Source: Octopus sinensis (lineage: Eukaryota). Taken from it: a stretch of 64,000 bases of DNA. Within the stretch, counting starts at the first letter, position 1. Each line of letters begins with the position of its first letter. Under the pieces are notes generated by a model. It ran no database searches. It was not told the DNA's origin and saw only the letters and a program-made list of their open reading frames with translations. This document shows positions 14,530 through 28,600 of this stretch, one piece after another. The position numbers and the translations under genes are program-made. The stretch is from contig NC_043002.1 in the NCBI RefSeq assembly GCF_006345805.1, forward strand, positions 88,040,001 to 88,104,000, read 5' to 3'.

Positions 14530-14748
14530 ACCAAATGATTCGATGACTGGCATCCATGCCAGTGGCATGTAAAAGCACCTGCTACACTCTTGGAGTGGTT
14601 GGTATTAGAAAGGGCATCCAGCTGTAGAAACTCTGCTAGATCAGATTGGAGCCTGGTGCAGCCATCTGGTTCACCAGACCTCAATCAAATCGTCCAACCC
14701 AAGCTAGTATGGAAAGCGGACGTTAAATGATGATGATGATGATGATGA
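14530..14748 (+). mobile_element. RTE LINE 3' end with (GAT)n tail (similar + copies at ~15575-15762, 39330-39560, 44760-45118, 48330-48875, 63230-63478)
   Basis: Shared body ...gaagggcatccagctgtagaaac...ggaaagcggacgttaaa(tga)n. Confidence 0.88.
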
Positions 14749-15032
14749 CTAGTTAAACACCACTCACTTACATTCCTCAGTATTTTGCTTTTGGTTGTAT
14801 TTTTTCTTTTCTTTCCTTTTAATCAAATATTTTTTTTAAATTTCGATATTTCCATATTTCTTGAAATATATTAAATGAAATATCTTTCATATAAAAACAT
14901 ATAAAGTTCATAATACTTTTAAAACCAAATTATCTCAGTAATACATTTCAGAAATTTAGACAACTAAAAAAATTCAATTAAAATTTCAGGCAAAATTCTC
15001 CTTTTTAAGAAACAATCCAATTTCTTTCTTAA

Positions 15033-15253
15033 CCATTTAAGCATTTATTTACACCAGCCATATCCAGCCGGAACATTCTACCTGTTTTATGTTCAATCTG
15101 TTCAGATCTGGCCTCTTACACCAACCCTGCAATTTCATTCTAAAACAACAGCTACCTCATCAAAATCTCAAAGCTACAAGAAAATGCAAGATTAATTCAA
15201 AACAATGTAAATGAATAAGCATTACTTTTGACAGAATTGTGAATGCTAAAAGG
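15033..15253. mobile_element. piggyBac-type MITE, decayed
   Basis: TTAA flanks; body matches 36537-36756. Confidence 0.7.
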
Positions 15254-16034
15254 TTAAAACTTTGCTGAGACTACATTTCTCGGAGACACAAAATGTTAAC
15301 ATATGCCAAATATGAATAGTTAACTTTCACACTTATTTTCTTTGTAAATCCTATTCTAACATAAGACATGTTGAATTCAAAATGTACTTTAAGGTGCAAG
15401 CGTGACTATTGCAGTTAAGAAGTTCACTTTACAACCATATTTATTTTATTTTTTTTTATTTTATCTAGTTTCAGCTCACGAGCTGTGACCATGCTGGGGC
15501 ACCGCCATTCGGTTTTTTTTGTTTTTTTTTACAAAAAAGCACCATTTGGACGTGGCCATTGCCAGTGCAACCACACTGGCCCTCATGCCGGTGGCACGTA
15601 AAAGCACCCACTACACTCTCGGAGTGGTTGGCATTAGGAAGGGCATCCAGCTGTAGAAACTCTGCCAAATCAGATTGGAGTCTGGTTCGCCAGACCTCAG
15701 TCAAATCGTCCAACCCATGCTAGCATGGAAAGTGGACATTAAATGATGATGATGATGATGATCGTTTCAGGTTCTGTCACAGTGTGGTAACTTGAGTAAG
15801 TGTCCACTGTTGTAATTTTAAGCTGGGCAATGCTTTGTGAGTAAAATTGGTAAACAAAAAGTGTGTGGAAGCCCTTTATATATATATAAAGGGCGGCAAG
15901 CTGACAGAATCGTTAGCATGCCGGGTAAAATGCTTAGCGGTATTTCATCTGCCGTTATGTTCTGAGTTCAAATTCCACCAAGGTCGACTTTGCCTTTCAT
16001 CCTTTCGGGGATTTTTTTGTTTTCTTTTTTACAG

Positions 16035-16871
16035 GAATACACTATGTCAAAGGCGGAGATTCTGAATCTGCAAAAAAATCTGCTTTCCAAAATTTAAATC
16101 CCCCGCTTCCCCTAAATTTCTTAAATTTTCACTTTATTTAAAAAATGTTTTTGGTGAAATACATAGAAAAATATGGAGATTATGATTCTGAAAAAAAAAA
16201 TTCTGTAAAATTACAATTTTTCAAAAACAAAAAGAAAAAAAACAATTCCCGTCCCCTCCGCCCTATAACAATAAGTGAAATTAAAGTGTTTTCTCTATTA
16301 ATGTTTCATGATGTTGTGGTTGAGAGTCTTTTGGAATTAAGAGAAGTATGTAAAAATTAGATTTTTTGCACACACACACACACAACAAAATGACATTTAA
16401 AAAATTTTTTTCTCTTTCATTAATTCGAAAGTTGATCCTCGGTTTGGCTGTTGTTTCCAGCTTGTCAGATTTCTGGTTTGGGCAGGTTTAAATTTTCTAA
16501 TTTTTCCTTCTTTGGTAACTCGTATTAAAATTTTGAAAATGCATTTCTAGCATGTCAGGGTTTCTGTTTAGATACTTTTCGCATCTGCTACTTTATAATT
16601 CTATGTTTTACTTTAGTAGAGAAAACACTTTAATTTCACCTCTTGTTATAGGGCAGAGGGGAAAGGGGTGTTTATTATTTTTTTTGAAAAATTGAAATTT
16701 TACAAAATTTTTTTTGTCAGAATCATTATCTCAGTATTTTTCTACATATTTCACTAAAAAAATTTTTTTTTAAAGTGAAAATCTAAGAAATTTAGGAGAT
16801 GGGGTGAGTTAAAATTTTGAAATGCAGATTTTTTTGCAGACTCGGAATCTCTTCCCTCGATATAGTGTGTT
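16035..16871. mobile_element. Foldback/MITE-like element with long (~270-bp) imperfect inverted repeats
   Basis: gaatacactatgtcaaaggcggagattctgaatctgcaaaaaaatctg... mirrored by ...cagattttttgcagactcggaatctcttccctcgatatagtgtgttc. Confidence 0.75.
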
Positions 16872-16889
16872 CATGTAAAATTAAAACCA

Positions 16890-17378
16890 AAATAATCCCA
16901 AAGGGGGTGCAGTCCATGATCTTTACCTCTGCCATGTTGCCCTCGGTCAAGAGGATGGCTACTGGAAGACCTTATGTTTGGCAACAGAACTCTGCACCAT
17001 GTCACACAAGCTGTCAGACAATTTCTGTGATCATATCACCCCTAACATGTGGCCACCTAACTCCCCAGAATGCAACCCCCTTATTATGTGTGGGCTTCAG
17101 TTGAGTGAGAGACCTACAAAACTCCTTGTAACACAAAAGATGAACTGAAGGCAAGGATTATGGCAGCATTCACCAAACAAGATCATCCAGAAGAGTCACA
17201 AGAGATTTTGAAGTCATCTGGAGGCTGTGGTTGAAACCAATGGCCATTTTATTGAATAAATTTACTCTTTAGTATTTCAAGATATTTTTATGTAATTTTG
17301 GTAAAAATATGTTAAAATGAGACATCAGTGTTATTTTCATTTTTGCATAATTTAGACATTTTGTTCACTGCACCCTGT
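16890..17378 (+). pseudogene. Tc1/mariner transposase C-terminal fossil (likely DDD/maT-type) with 3' TIR
   Basis: Frames read GRPYVWQQNSAPCHTS...DNFCDHITPNMWPPNSPECNPL...TKDELKARIMAAF; ends gttcactgcaccctg|TA. Confidence 0.85.
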
Positions 17379-20300
17379 ATATATTAATATGCATGCCTTC
17401 AGAACAACAGCTAAAACAAAATTGACACCTTGAAATGTAATTAACCTCAAACAGCTATGAAACAACTGACCATAAAAATACAATAAGAGCCATCTCAGAT
17501 CCCTTCCTCTCTCCCTATTTTTTCTTTTAATTCTCTTTTCTCTTTCTTTCCTGTCTTCCAGTCTTGTCTTTCTTTCACCACATACACATGCTTGCACACA
17601 CATACGTACAAACATATAGATAAACTCACATATCTATACATACATATATAGATAGCAAAAGAACATTCTCTTCCAGATCTATATAAAAGCCGTGCAATTT
17701 TCTATAAAAATTAATTTTGATGAAACAAAATGAAAACGCTAATAAATGAATAATTATCCAAAATCTTGACCACCTCCTTTTTCTGTATATATAAAATCTG
17801 TACACCACTTCAAATAATCTAGACGTACATATATATAAATGTAATGTGTCTGTGTATGGAAATGTATCTAGGTTTGGTCTTAGGTTTACACCTGTTGTGT
17901 TTGTTTACATCCTGTAACTGAGCAACAAAAAGTGTTTGCTAAAATAAGTGCTGGGGTTGACATGGTTGAATACCCTTCAGGGAATTGCCCATGCATGCCC
18001 ACAATCCAGTGACTGAAACAAGTACATCAAGTGATATCCTTTGAAAATAGATGCTCTACAAGTAATTGTTGATACAGTTTTTACCTGCCACTGAAGATTA
18101 ATCCTTATTTGAAATGTCATTCATAGATCCTCTAGACTCAACAAAACCTTCTCAGGTTTCAGCATATATTACCTACCAAGCTAAGCCCATTTTACGTCTC
18201 TGCCTTGGTGTATGCAAAACTAAATGCAGAGCCTGCTTAAGTATCACATATGCAAAAATCAAAAAGTGATTTTGCTTGAGCAATTTCTTGAAGGGTTATA
18301 ATTAAACTATATCAACTCCTTTACTTGTTTTAATACTCTCTTTTTGTTGCTCAGCTACAGGACATAAACACATGTACTTTTACAAATGGTGTTAACTTAA
18401 AAACACGCACAGATACATATCCATATAAATATTTAACCCTGGTTGAGGTCTGAACATAACTGATTTCTTTAAGAGACAGTCAGACAGAGTGAGACATAGA
18501 GAAATAAGAAGAATCAACATATGTTGGGCTTCCATACAATTTCTATTTATGAAAGCATAGTTCAAAACTATATATAACAGAAGATACTGGCTCAAGCTTC
18601 AACACTGTGCTATTGAACCTGAAACCATAGAGTTGTGAAGTGGACTTAAGCAAAAAAACCAGTCCTTCTCAGGCGCCACCATGTGGTATCTGAGAAGGGC
18701 TGTCAGCAAAACTAAATAAAACTCATGTTTAAGAGCACCAAGATAGAAAATTTATGAGAACATCATCATTTCAGCTGGTTTTCTCGGCCAGTGTTAGTGC
18801 CACTTCTACATGCAAATATAGCAATGATGGGAAATGGCGAAAACTAATCTCAGGCTGTTGAACCTTACAACAAAGGTGACAAAGGATAATAGCAAATAAT
18901 AAGATGTGCTGGAGAAGACCCATCCAATTCATGCAAGCATGAAGAAACAGACATAAAATGATGATACCAATGGCAAATTACATGCATAGACACAAGTATC
19001 TTCCAAGGTTTAGGTATGACATATTATTTATATGAATAATATGAGTTTAAAGCATGGGGCTAGCCACAGTTTAAAAAAACACTGGACTGAATAGAGGAAA
19101 CTATACCACAGTAAAGTATTCCAGCTCTTTTGTTTCAGTCATTTGACTCCGGCCATGCTGGAGCACCGCCTTTAGTCAATCAATATGACGGGCTTATTTC
19201 AGTTTCCATCCACCAAATCCACTCACAAGGCTTTGGTGGGCCCAAGGCTATAGTAGAAGACACTTGCCCAAGGTGCCACACAGTGGGACTGAACCCGGAA
19301 CCATGTGGTTGGTAAGCAAATTACTTACCGCACAGCCACTCCTGCGCCTTCAAATCTTCTGATATGTCCACAGCTGACTTCAAAGTATTGGCCAGTTCAA
19401 AACTGTTTATCAAAGCATTGGCCAGTTGAAAACTATATATAACAGAAGACACTGACTCAAACTACCACACTGTGCTATTGAAACTGTAACCATATAGTTG
19501 TAAAGTTAACTCAACCGCAAAACCCACTGTCCTACCCAGGTGCCACAATGTGGTATCTGACGACTTCAAATCTTCTGATATGTCCAAGGCTGACTTCAAA
19601 TGTTATGTTACAGAAGGGGACAGACAAATGAACTATCAATAGCAGATTTGGTTCCAGTTTTCCTTTATAATTCATATAGTGAAAGCTTTAGGTTACACTG
19701 CAGGACCTGGATTATTTTACAGCTCATACTGAGTAAGCTTTAGTTTCAACTGCTGTTCCAAGATTTTTACCATCGACCTTGGTGTCACTACTGCCATTTA
19801 TCATAGAGATTTGAAATTCTCAGGTAACTTATATAATAATAGTGTCATGCTCATTCTATGAGAAAACAGCCATAAGAAGATAAATGCCACATATTATCTG
19901 TAGTGAAGGCATCCACTTGCTAGTGTGTTCGATAGAATGTTTTGCGGTATTCAAGCTCTGTGATTCTCTTTATTTCTCTATCTCACTCTCTCTTCTGTGT
20001 TTCTAGAAATCAGTTGTTTTCAAACTTGGAGACGGATGAGCTCCACCAGGTTTAAATACCTAAGACACACCATATCACAACAGCACCCTTACAACTTTAT
20101 CAGCAGATGACGGTCCAAGGCAAGGGGAAGCACTAGCTATAATAAAAACACAAGTACATTTAACTTTAACCCCTTTCCTTGTCCTGTGTATCACACATGA
20201 TACACAGAACGTATTTCCCTGGTGTCCAGGCATCATATATAAAACATTCTAAATTTTTTCAACCATCAGAGTGACTTGGGACCTATGAAAGGAAAAAATT

Positions 20301-21021
20301 ATATTACTCAGAACATATGAAACAAAAGCTAACTAGAAGTACGAAGACAAGCAGCATAGAAGTTTAGGGAAAGGCTTAGGACAAGCATCTGCTGGGAGGT
20401 TGGTGTTAGGAAGGGTATCAAGCTGTAAAAACCATGCCAAAATAGACACAGAAATCTGGTGCAGGTTCCTATCTGGCCAGCTCCTATCAAACCATCCAAT
20501 CCATGCCAGCATGGACGGTAGATGTTAAACAATGATGATGATGATAAGCAAAGGGTTAAAATCTAATAATAGCTCAGTGGAGACTTTATAATATTCAGTA
20601 CCTGCACATTCTATATTTAAATAATATCAGAATTATTAAACTTTTCAAACTGTAATAAACTATTTGGATTTTTTCTTTTCTTTTTTAACTAAGTATGCAT
20701 TTTTTTAATAATCTTTAAAAAGAATGGAAAAATATGGAGACATTCCTGAAGGTATTGGTGGAATAAATGAAGCGAAATGGCCTACATTTGATATTCAAAT
20801 CAACCTAGTCTCACTCTGCCTATAATGTTCACCAATAAAAAAAATTCCTTATATTTTGTCTTTGTTTCTGAAAGAAATTTCTCTTACTTGGATTAAATGC
20901 TTTTTAAAAAGAAACTGAAACAGTGACCATTTATATTAAACAACTTTATTTTCAGAAGTATCATCTGAAAATGTGTATTTCTATGCTTATGAATGTGTGT
21001 GTATGTGTATGATGATGATGA

Positions 21022-21054
<33 letters not shown>

Positions 21055-21508
21055 AAATTGGATAGACAGATTTCAGTGATATGTAAAGATAAATCAGTCA
21101 TCTGAAGGCAATATATAAGGATAAAAAGTCAATCCTCTGAAACAATGCATTTTTTTTTCTTCTGAAATATATGTTTTTCTTTTTCTCATTGCGTTAAACT
21201 CCTGGAAAACACCTAAAAAATGCAAAAAAGCCCAAACATGGACGCTATTTCCAACAATTAGAGAATGTTTTTTTTTTAAAAAAAATCAAAAAGAAAAAAG
21301 AAAAACAGAAAATAAAAAGCTATTTAGTCCAAGAACTTAGTAAACAATCACAGTAGCTCTCCATAGCTTTTCTCAGTTTGTCAAGTATGTATATAATCCA
21401 ACTATATATAATATATATATTATAGCATATATTTATTTTTCATTTTTTTATAAATCCTTTTAAAAATGATTTCATCCAGACAGTTTCACTCAGCACATTA
21501 AATTCAAA

Positions 21509-21514
21509 TTTATT
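21509..21514 (-). terminator. Candidate proximal polyadenylation signal AATAAA of SGF29 (another at about 20945-20950)
   Basis: AATAAA about 40 nt after the stop codon; AT-rich context makes chance occurrence likely. Confidence 0.3.
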
Positions 21515-21554
21515 TTTTCTTTCCTATTAGGAGTTGAAAACAGAAGGCATTGGT

Positions 21555-21671
21555 CTACTTTCTTTTCTCTTCTTTGCATGCAATAACATAACGTTGGGCA
21601 ACACCCAGAGGTGGTGAGTAACCATCTGAATAAGAAGTATCTTCAAATAATACTTGGTAGTCATCTTGAGG
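21555..21671 (-). CDS. SGF29: SGF29 last coding exon ([38 protein letters not shown])
   Basis: ttttccag|CCT...TAG, 117 nt; matches the human C-terminus. Confidence 0.97.
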   Translation of the reverse strand, partial: PQDDYQVLFEDTSYSDGYSPPLGVAQRYVIACKEEKRK

Positions 21672-22619
21672 CTGGAAAATAAAAGTAAAGGCCAAAATTA
21701 CAAAAATATTTGGAAAAGTCTGATAGATCGCTAAATCCACTAGTTTTTTATTCTCTCTGTTTATTTCCTCATATTTCTTTCTGTTAAAGAGTGTAGGCCC
21801 AAAACACAAATGACTTGCATCAAACTAATACACCTGCTTGTTGTTTATACACCTATCTTTGTCTTTCGTTTTTCTGTAAATTTCAACTATATATATATAT
21901 ATATATGGAGGTGCAATGGCCCAGTGGTTAGGGCAGCAGACTCGCAGTCGTAGGATCACAATTTCAATTCCTAGACCGGGCGTTGTGAGTGTTTATTGAG
22001 CGAAAACACCAAAAGCTCCACGAGGCTCCGGCGGGGGGGGGGGGGGGGGGGCGATCCCTGCTGTATTCTTTCGCCACAACTTTCTCTCACTCTTTCTTCT
22101 GTTGGCCTGCTCGCTTAGCCAGCGGGGTGGCGTCATTTCAAGGCTAAAACAATACGAAGCACATTGTGACCAGCAATGTGTAGCATCATCTAATAGCCTG
22201 GTCAGTCATGTGATCATGTGATAAATAGATATATACACATACACACACATATAGGTGCAGGAGTGGCTTCCCAGCCACATGGTTCTGGGTTCAGTCCCAC
22301 TGCATGGCACCTTGGGTAAATTCTTCTACTATAACCTTGAGCTGACCAAAGCCTTGTGAGTGGATTTGGTGGGCAGAAACTGAAAGAAGCCCATCATATA
22401 TATATGTGTGTGTGTGTGTGTGTGTTTGCTCCCCCCCCCCCACTTGACAACCAGTGTTGCTCTGTTTATGTCCCTATAAGTTAGAGGTTCGACAAAACCG
22501 AACGATAGAATAAGTACCAGGCTTAAAAAATAAGTACTGAGGTCAATTAATTCGACTAGAAACTTAAGGCAGTAGCTAGCATGGCTGCAGTCTAATGTCC
22601 GAAACAGGTAAAAGATAAC

Positions 22620-22654
<35 letters not shown>

Positions 22655-25600
22655 AATATATATAACAACAAATAGTTAGGGATTATGAATCCAGGCAAGC
22701 TTCATAAGCTCTCTGTTGGTACACCAGGCTAACAATATTACTTAGATTAGTGAAGAACTCCAAGTAATTTTTTGGAAGGATCCCAAATTATCACAATTCT
22801 GTATTGCAAATCCATGGATGGGCATCAGATAAACTAATTTTTATAGAGTGGTATATGAGAGACAGGTTAAAAATAATGGTCATTACATATAATTCCTTTC
22901 TTAGAGCAAATTTGGCTTACAGCTGTTTCCAGTAGTCATTATAGGTACATTATTGACAGGTTTACTCAGTTGGTCTATTGATCAATTGAGGTAAATTGAA
23001 CAACCTAAGAAAATCAATGCTACTTTCATCAGAGCCACTTCTGGAAATCAGTAGTGTACATATAATGACTACTGGAAACAAAGGAAATAGTTCATCATTA
23101 TCATCATCATCATCTAACGTCTGTTCTCCATGCTGGCATGGGTTGGATGGTTTGAAAGAAGTTGGCCAGCTGGGAAGCTGCACAAGCTCCATTTGTCTGT
23201 TTTGGTATGGTTTCAGTGGCTGGAAGCCCTTTCTAATGCCAACCACTTTGTACAGTGTACGGGGTGCTTTTTACATGGCATTGGCATAAGCACTTTTACA
23301 TGGCACCAGCACATGTGCTTTTACATGGCACCAGCACAAGTGCTTTCATGTAACACCAGCACCGGTGCTTTTTACATGGCACCAACACCAGTACTTTTAC
23401 ATGGCACCAGCACAAGTGCTTTTACATGGCACCAGCACATGTGCTTTTACATGGCACCAACACCAGTACTTTTATACGGCACCAGCACAGGTGCTTTTAC
23501 ATGGCACCAGCACAAGTGCTTTTACATGGCACCAGCACATGTGCTTTTACATGGCACCAACACCAGTACTTTTATACGGCACCAGCACAGTGCTTTTACA
23601 TGGCACCAGCACAAGTGCTTTTACATGGCACCAGCACATGTGCTTTTACATGGCACCAACACCAGTACTTTTATACGGCACCAGCACAGGTGCTTTTACA
23701 TGGCACCAGCACAAGTGCTTTTACATGGCACCAGCACATGTGCTTTTACATGGCACCAACACCAGTACTTTTATACGGCACCAGCACAAGTGCTTTTACA
23801 TGGCACCAGCACATGTGCTTTTACATGGCACCAGCACAAGTGCTTTTATGTAACACCAGCACCGGTGCTTTTTACATGGCACCAACACCAGTACTTTTAT
23901 ACGGCACCAGCACAGGTGCTTTTACATGGCACCAGCACATGTGCTTTTACATGGCACCAGCACGTGCTTTTACATGGCACCAGCACAGGTGCTTTTACAT
24001 GGCACCATCACACGTGCTTTTTACATGGCACCAGCACAGGTGCTTTTATATGGCACCAGCACAGGTGCTTTTTCTTTTTGTGGCACCAGCATGGTGCTTT
24101 TTATGTGACACCACCATCTGTGAGCCTTCAAGACAAGAATCTCTCAGCTGAGAGAGGGACATAGAGGACAAGTCTATATGTATGGATGGCCACAGCTTAA
24201 CTGAGCTTGATATATCTTCTCAAGCACAACAAACAGCCAGTTGTCAAAATATATTGTCATATTTATTGTAACGAATGCTCTTGTTTCAATGATATTTGCA
24301 GAATATAATCTAAGATATAGGAATTAGCTGTGTGAATTAACATGAGGGCTAAGAATCAAATTTGGGCAAATAAAATGTAAGTACATCAAACACGGAAAAA
24401 TGGATACCTGGCAATTGAATACGTAACTATTAATACAAAATAATACACAATATTTGGTTCTTCACAACTGGTTTCAGAGATTTGTCAAAACCTGATTTAG
24501 CCAAACACCTGAATACAAAGATTATTTGTTCAGGCTTCACCCTGGCTAGTGAGGAATACTGCATACATCACAATGTGTGTATCTATATACAAAATGACAT
24601 ACACACACACACACAAGCAACATTTGATGAAACAGGGGGAGATAATTATTCAACCATTTAAAGTGAAAAGTTTGGAGTTTAAATACAAGATACTGAGATC
24701 TTATTTTAATAATAATAATACTAATAAATAATATCACAGGAATGTAATTTCAACTGTGCTATTATTTAGACAAGACACACTAGTGAACTTGATTCAGGCT
24801 CTCTGTTTGAAAATTGTTACCAATACCAAACCAGCTATGGAAGCAAGGTTCCTTTTTTCTATTATTAAACACATAACTAATTAGGAATATCAAAATAAGG
24901 GACTAAATTTATATTACACATAAGATTATTTACTAACAGGCATGCAAACAGGAGTAAGTTTCTTGCCATTCGGCATAAGGCAGGATATAAACTTACAATT
25001 TGGCAGTCAAATAGTACATGTTGAGTCCCTGCATTTTAAAACTTGAAAATATTAAGTAAAAATAGCTTGAGTGCAAGTATCTTCATTATTGCACTTAATT
25101 TTTATAAGATAATATTAACATTATACACTATTATAACTGCAACTTAATATTCTAATACAATGTATAATAAAGCTGAATATGCTTTTTGTCAAATATCACT
25201 AAAGTGCAGTACAAAGCCAAGTTTTTTTTGTTTTTTATTGGTAAGATCATCATCATCATCATTTAACGTTCGCTTTCCATGCTAGCATGGGTTGGACGAC
25301 ATTGACTGAGGGCTGGCGAACCAGATGGTTGCACCAGGCTCCAATCTTGATTTGGCAGAGTTTCTACAGCTGGAATGCCCTTCCTAACGCCAACCACTCT
25401 GAGAGTGTAGTGGGTGCTTTTTACGTGCCACTGGCACGAGGGCCAGTCAAGTGGTACTGGCAACAACCTCGCTCGAATCCTTTTACACATGCCACCAGCA
25501 CAGGTGCCAGTAAGGCGACTTTGGTAACGATCACGCTCGAATGGTGCCCTTTTACGTGTCACTGGCACGGAAGCCAGTTGGCTGCTCTGGAGAGCATGAT

Positions 25601-28600
25601 GAAGTTAACAGAGGATGAGGTTAACAAAGAATACCAGAGTATATTTTGTTGTTTAATCTATCCTATCCCAGAGGGAAGAAAGCAATTCTGAGTTCTAATC
25701 CTAAGAAAATTTAAAATCAGGTCTACGTGGACAAAATTATAAATGGTAAGGTATTTGGTTCCATCATTTACTTTCTCAGTTATTTGTAACACCTTAACCC
25801 TTTAGCATATCCAACCAAAATATTCCACCTGTTTCATGTTCAAACTGGTCAGACTCAGCCTCTTACACCTACCCTACGATATCATTCTAGGAGTAAACAA
25901 TCACTTCATCAAAATCTTGAAGCTATGAAATGGAGGGGACCCCCTTCGGTCACGACACTGACCATGGGCTTGCACCTAGAAAGTTACCCTCCTAGTCACA
26001 AGTCCGGGCAAGACTGTTTATGGAAGATCAGCAGTCGCCCATGTATACCGGCCTCCCCTCTCCACGGCACCAGTGTTATCTAAGGGAAAGGCAGCAGCCG
26101 ATACAGCTTGGCACCCATGACGTCGCAACTCATTTCTACAGCTGAGTGAACTGGAGCAACATGAAATAAAGTGTCTTGCTCAAGAACACAACACGCAGCC
26201 CAGTCCGAGATTCGAGCTCACAACCTCACGATCGTAAGCTCGATGCTCTAACCACTGAGCCATGCGCTTTCACGAGCTATGAAATAATACGATTAATTCA
26301 AAACAATGTGAACAAATAAGGATTACATTTGATAGAGTGATCTGAATGCTAAAGGGTTAAATGACTTCTTACAAACAGAGAGACTTTACCAAAGGTAAAA
26401 GTAACAACAAAATTAATAGTACCCTTTTTGGTGGTTCATGGATGAGTGCACGATAAAAGCATGTAGTCTGTGGATACAGAGCCAAGACCAGCTACAAAAC
26501 AAAACAAAAGAAAATAAATTTAATGAAATAATAATAATAACAATATCAACAATGGTTTCTTATATTAATAATTCAACCCATATTTGCTATTAGGGTACCA
26601 AAAGTAAAGAAATTATTACAGGTCAAAAACAAAGCCACAGAAACAGGAGTGTTGTCGGTGATTACAAATAATGAAGTTATAAATTTGAGATGATAACCAT
26701 TTCAAGAGTACTGACTCTAATCTCTAAGATAATAACCACGTCTAACTATGGCCTACGTTTAAAACTGGAAGATGAACCAGTAATCACTCATCAATTTTAC
26801 TGTTTACCTGAGAGTAAGATCTTGATTATTCTAGAAGATTCTGCAAGATTCTTTAATGAGGAAAAATGCTTCATTTACCATTTTCAACTAAGGCCACTAC
26901 CAAACTTTATATTTGGCTGTAATCACCAAACAGATTAACATTTTTTAATATAATTCAGTTAAAATAAGACAAGCTTTGTTTCAATTAATTTTTAAAATAA
27001 TGAAGAATTTAGTACAATAACTTTGTCTATAATAAGCTGTTGTTTGGAACATAAATTAACCTGAAATTTTAATGAAATTGTTTTAATTTAAATTACTTTA
27101 AAGCAAGAAGTTCATATCATATAACTCAAAGCAACCTCAGGGAGTTCAGTATGAAAAGGATTAAAGTAAGTTCAAGGATGATTACTTAGTATTTTATCAG
27201 TTTCCTCTGTAAGGTAAATTTTACTTCAAGACATTCTAAAAGGATTTTATTTCGCATAAGTTATTTTACAATTATTATTTTATATAAAGATATGTTCAAT
27301 TAAAGATCACACATCCCTAATGTTAGACATCTGACACAGAGCTGAATAAAACTTTATTAATTCCTTATCTAATTCTATAATTAATATAGATTTCAAATTC
27401 TGGCACAAGGTCAGAAATTTCAGAAAGGGGGTAAGTCGATTACATCAACCCCAGCACTCAACTGGTACTTATTTTATCGATCTCAAATGGATGAAAGGAA
27501 AAGTCAGCCTCAGTGGAATTTGAACACAGAACATGAAGACAGATGAAATACTGCAAAGCATTTGCCCGGCAAGCAAACCAATTCTGTCAGCTCACTGCCT
27601 TAATACTATTAATGGATCTTTTCAGTTTGAATGGCAGTTTTTTCTAGCGGTGTCATATGAAATTGTCACCCATAATTATGACCCTAGAATCGATCTATTG
27701 CATTTCAATCTCTTTTAGGGTTAGGGTTAGGGGTGGGGGGAAGGGTATCTTTTTTTATTCACAAATGTAAATAAACCCAATCTGTTTCTTAAACGAGGGA
27801 CATATTCATACGGCACAGAATGCTTTTTAACTCAATAGACATCAGTGATTGATTGAAATTGCAGAAATTGAAGAAAAAAAACAACAAATATCTTACAAAC
27901 TATAGAATTTTCTCAATAAAACCAAGAGAAAAAGATGTTTTATAAACACATTCTACAAGTATACGAAGTTTAAAATTTTTTTAGTTACCTAGAAATTATG
28001 TTAAAAAACTGCCATTCAAACCGAAAAAATCCCTATTAATTGATATTAAAGATATCAAAGTAAAAGAAATAATATCAAATAAATTCAAACTAAACTAAGT
28101 ATTGTTTGAGAGATCTAAAAAGGAAGGCATATTCTTTGTTGCTGCTGTGCACCGATTCCGACTAAATACAGTTTCTTGCAAGATGTTACCAATGGAAATA
28201 TTCTACTGTTAATCTAAAAATAGATAAACTGTCAATCTTTTCTAATTAACAGTTTTCATATTTCTTACCGTTTCTTTAGGGAACAAGGCATCGGGGTCTG
28301 TTTCTGGATTAGCTTTCCAAATTGGCAGTGGTACGATCCTCCTTCGACTCAAAGAATGTCTCCTGTAAACAAAATCAAATGTAAATAAATCTGAACATTG
28401 AAGAAACACTAATAATCTATGGATATTGGCAGTAATTTATGGATATGACGCTAAACACCTTATTAACAATAAAGTAAAAAAATTCAATAAAATTTATTTC
28501 TTTGAATTCAGAATGATCAGAAGAACAAGTAGATTCTTGTCTTTGTAAAGAGAAATAAAAGACTTAACACTCCATGTACACAAGAAAAAATTCTTACATT

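Noticed and set aside
21907-21985. tRNA genes at SINE heads (here and at 32179, 49390, 26200-26274)
   Set aside because: They have A/B boxes but no complete cloverleaf and continue into SINE bodies.
23130-24164. Long ORFs (344, 241, 162 aa) and a CRISPR-like look
   Set aside because: The ORFs are translations of a 25-bp minisatellite lacking stops; there are no unique spacers, so it is not a CRISPR array.
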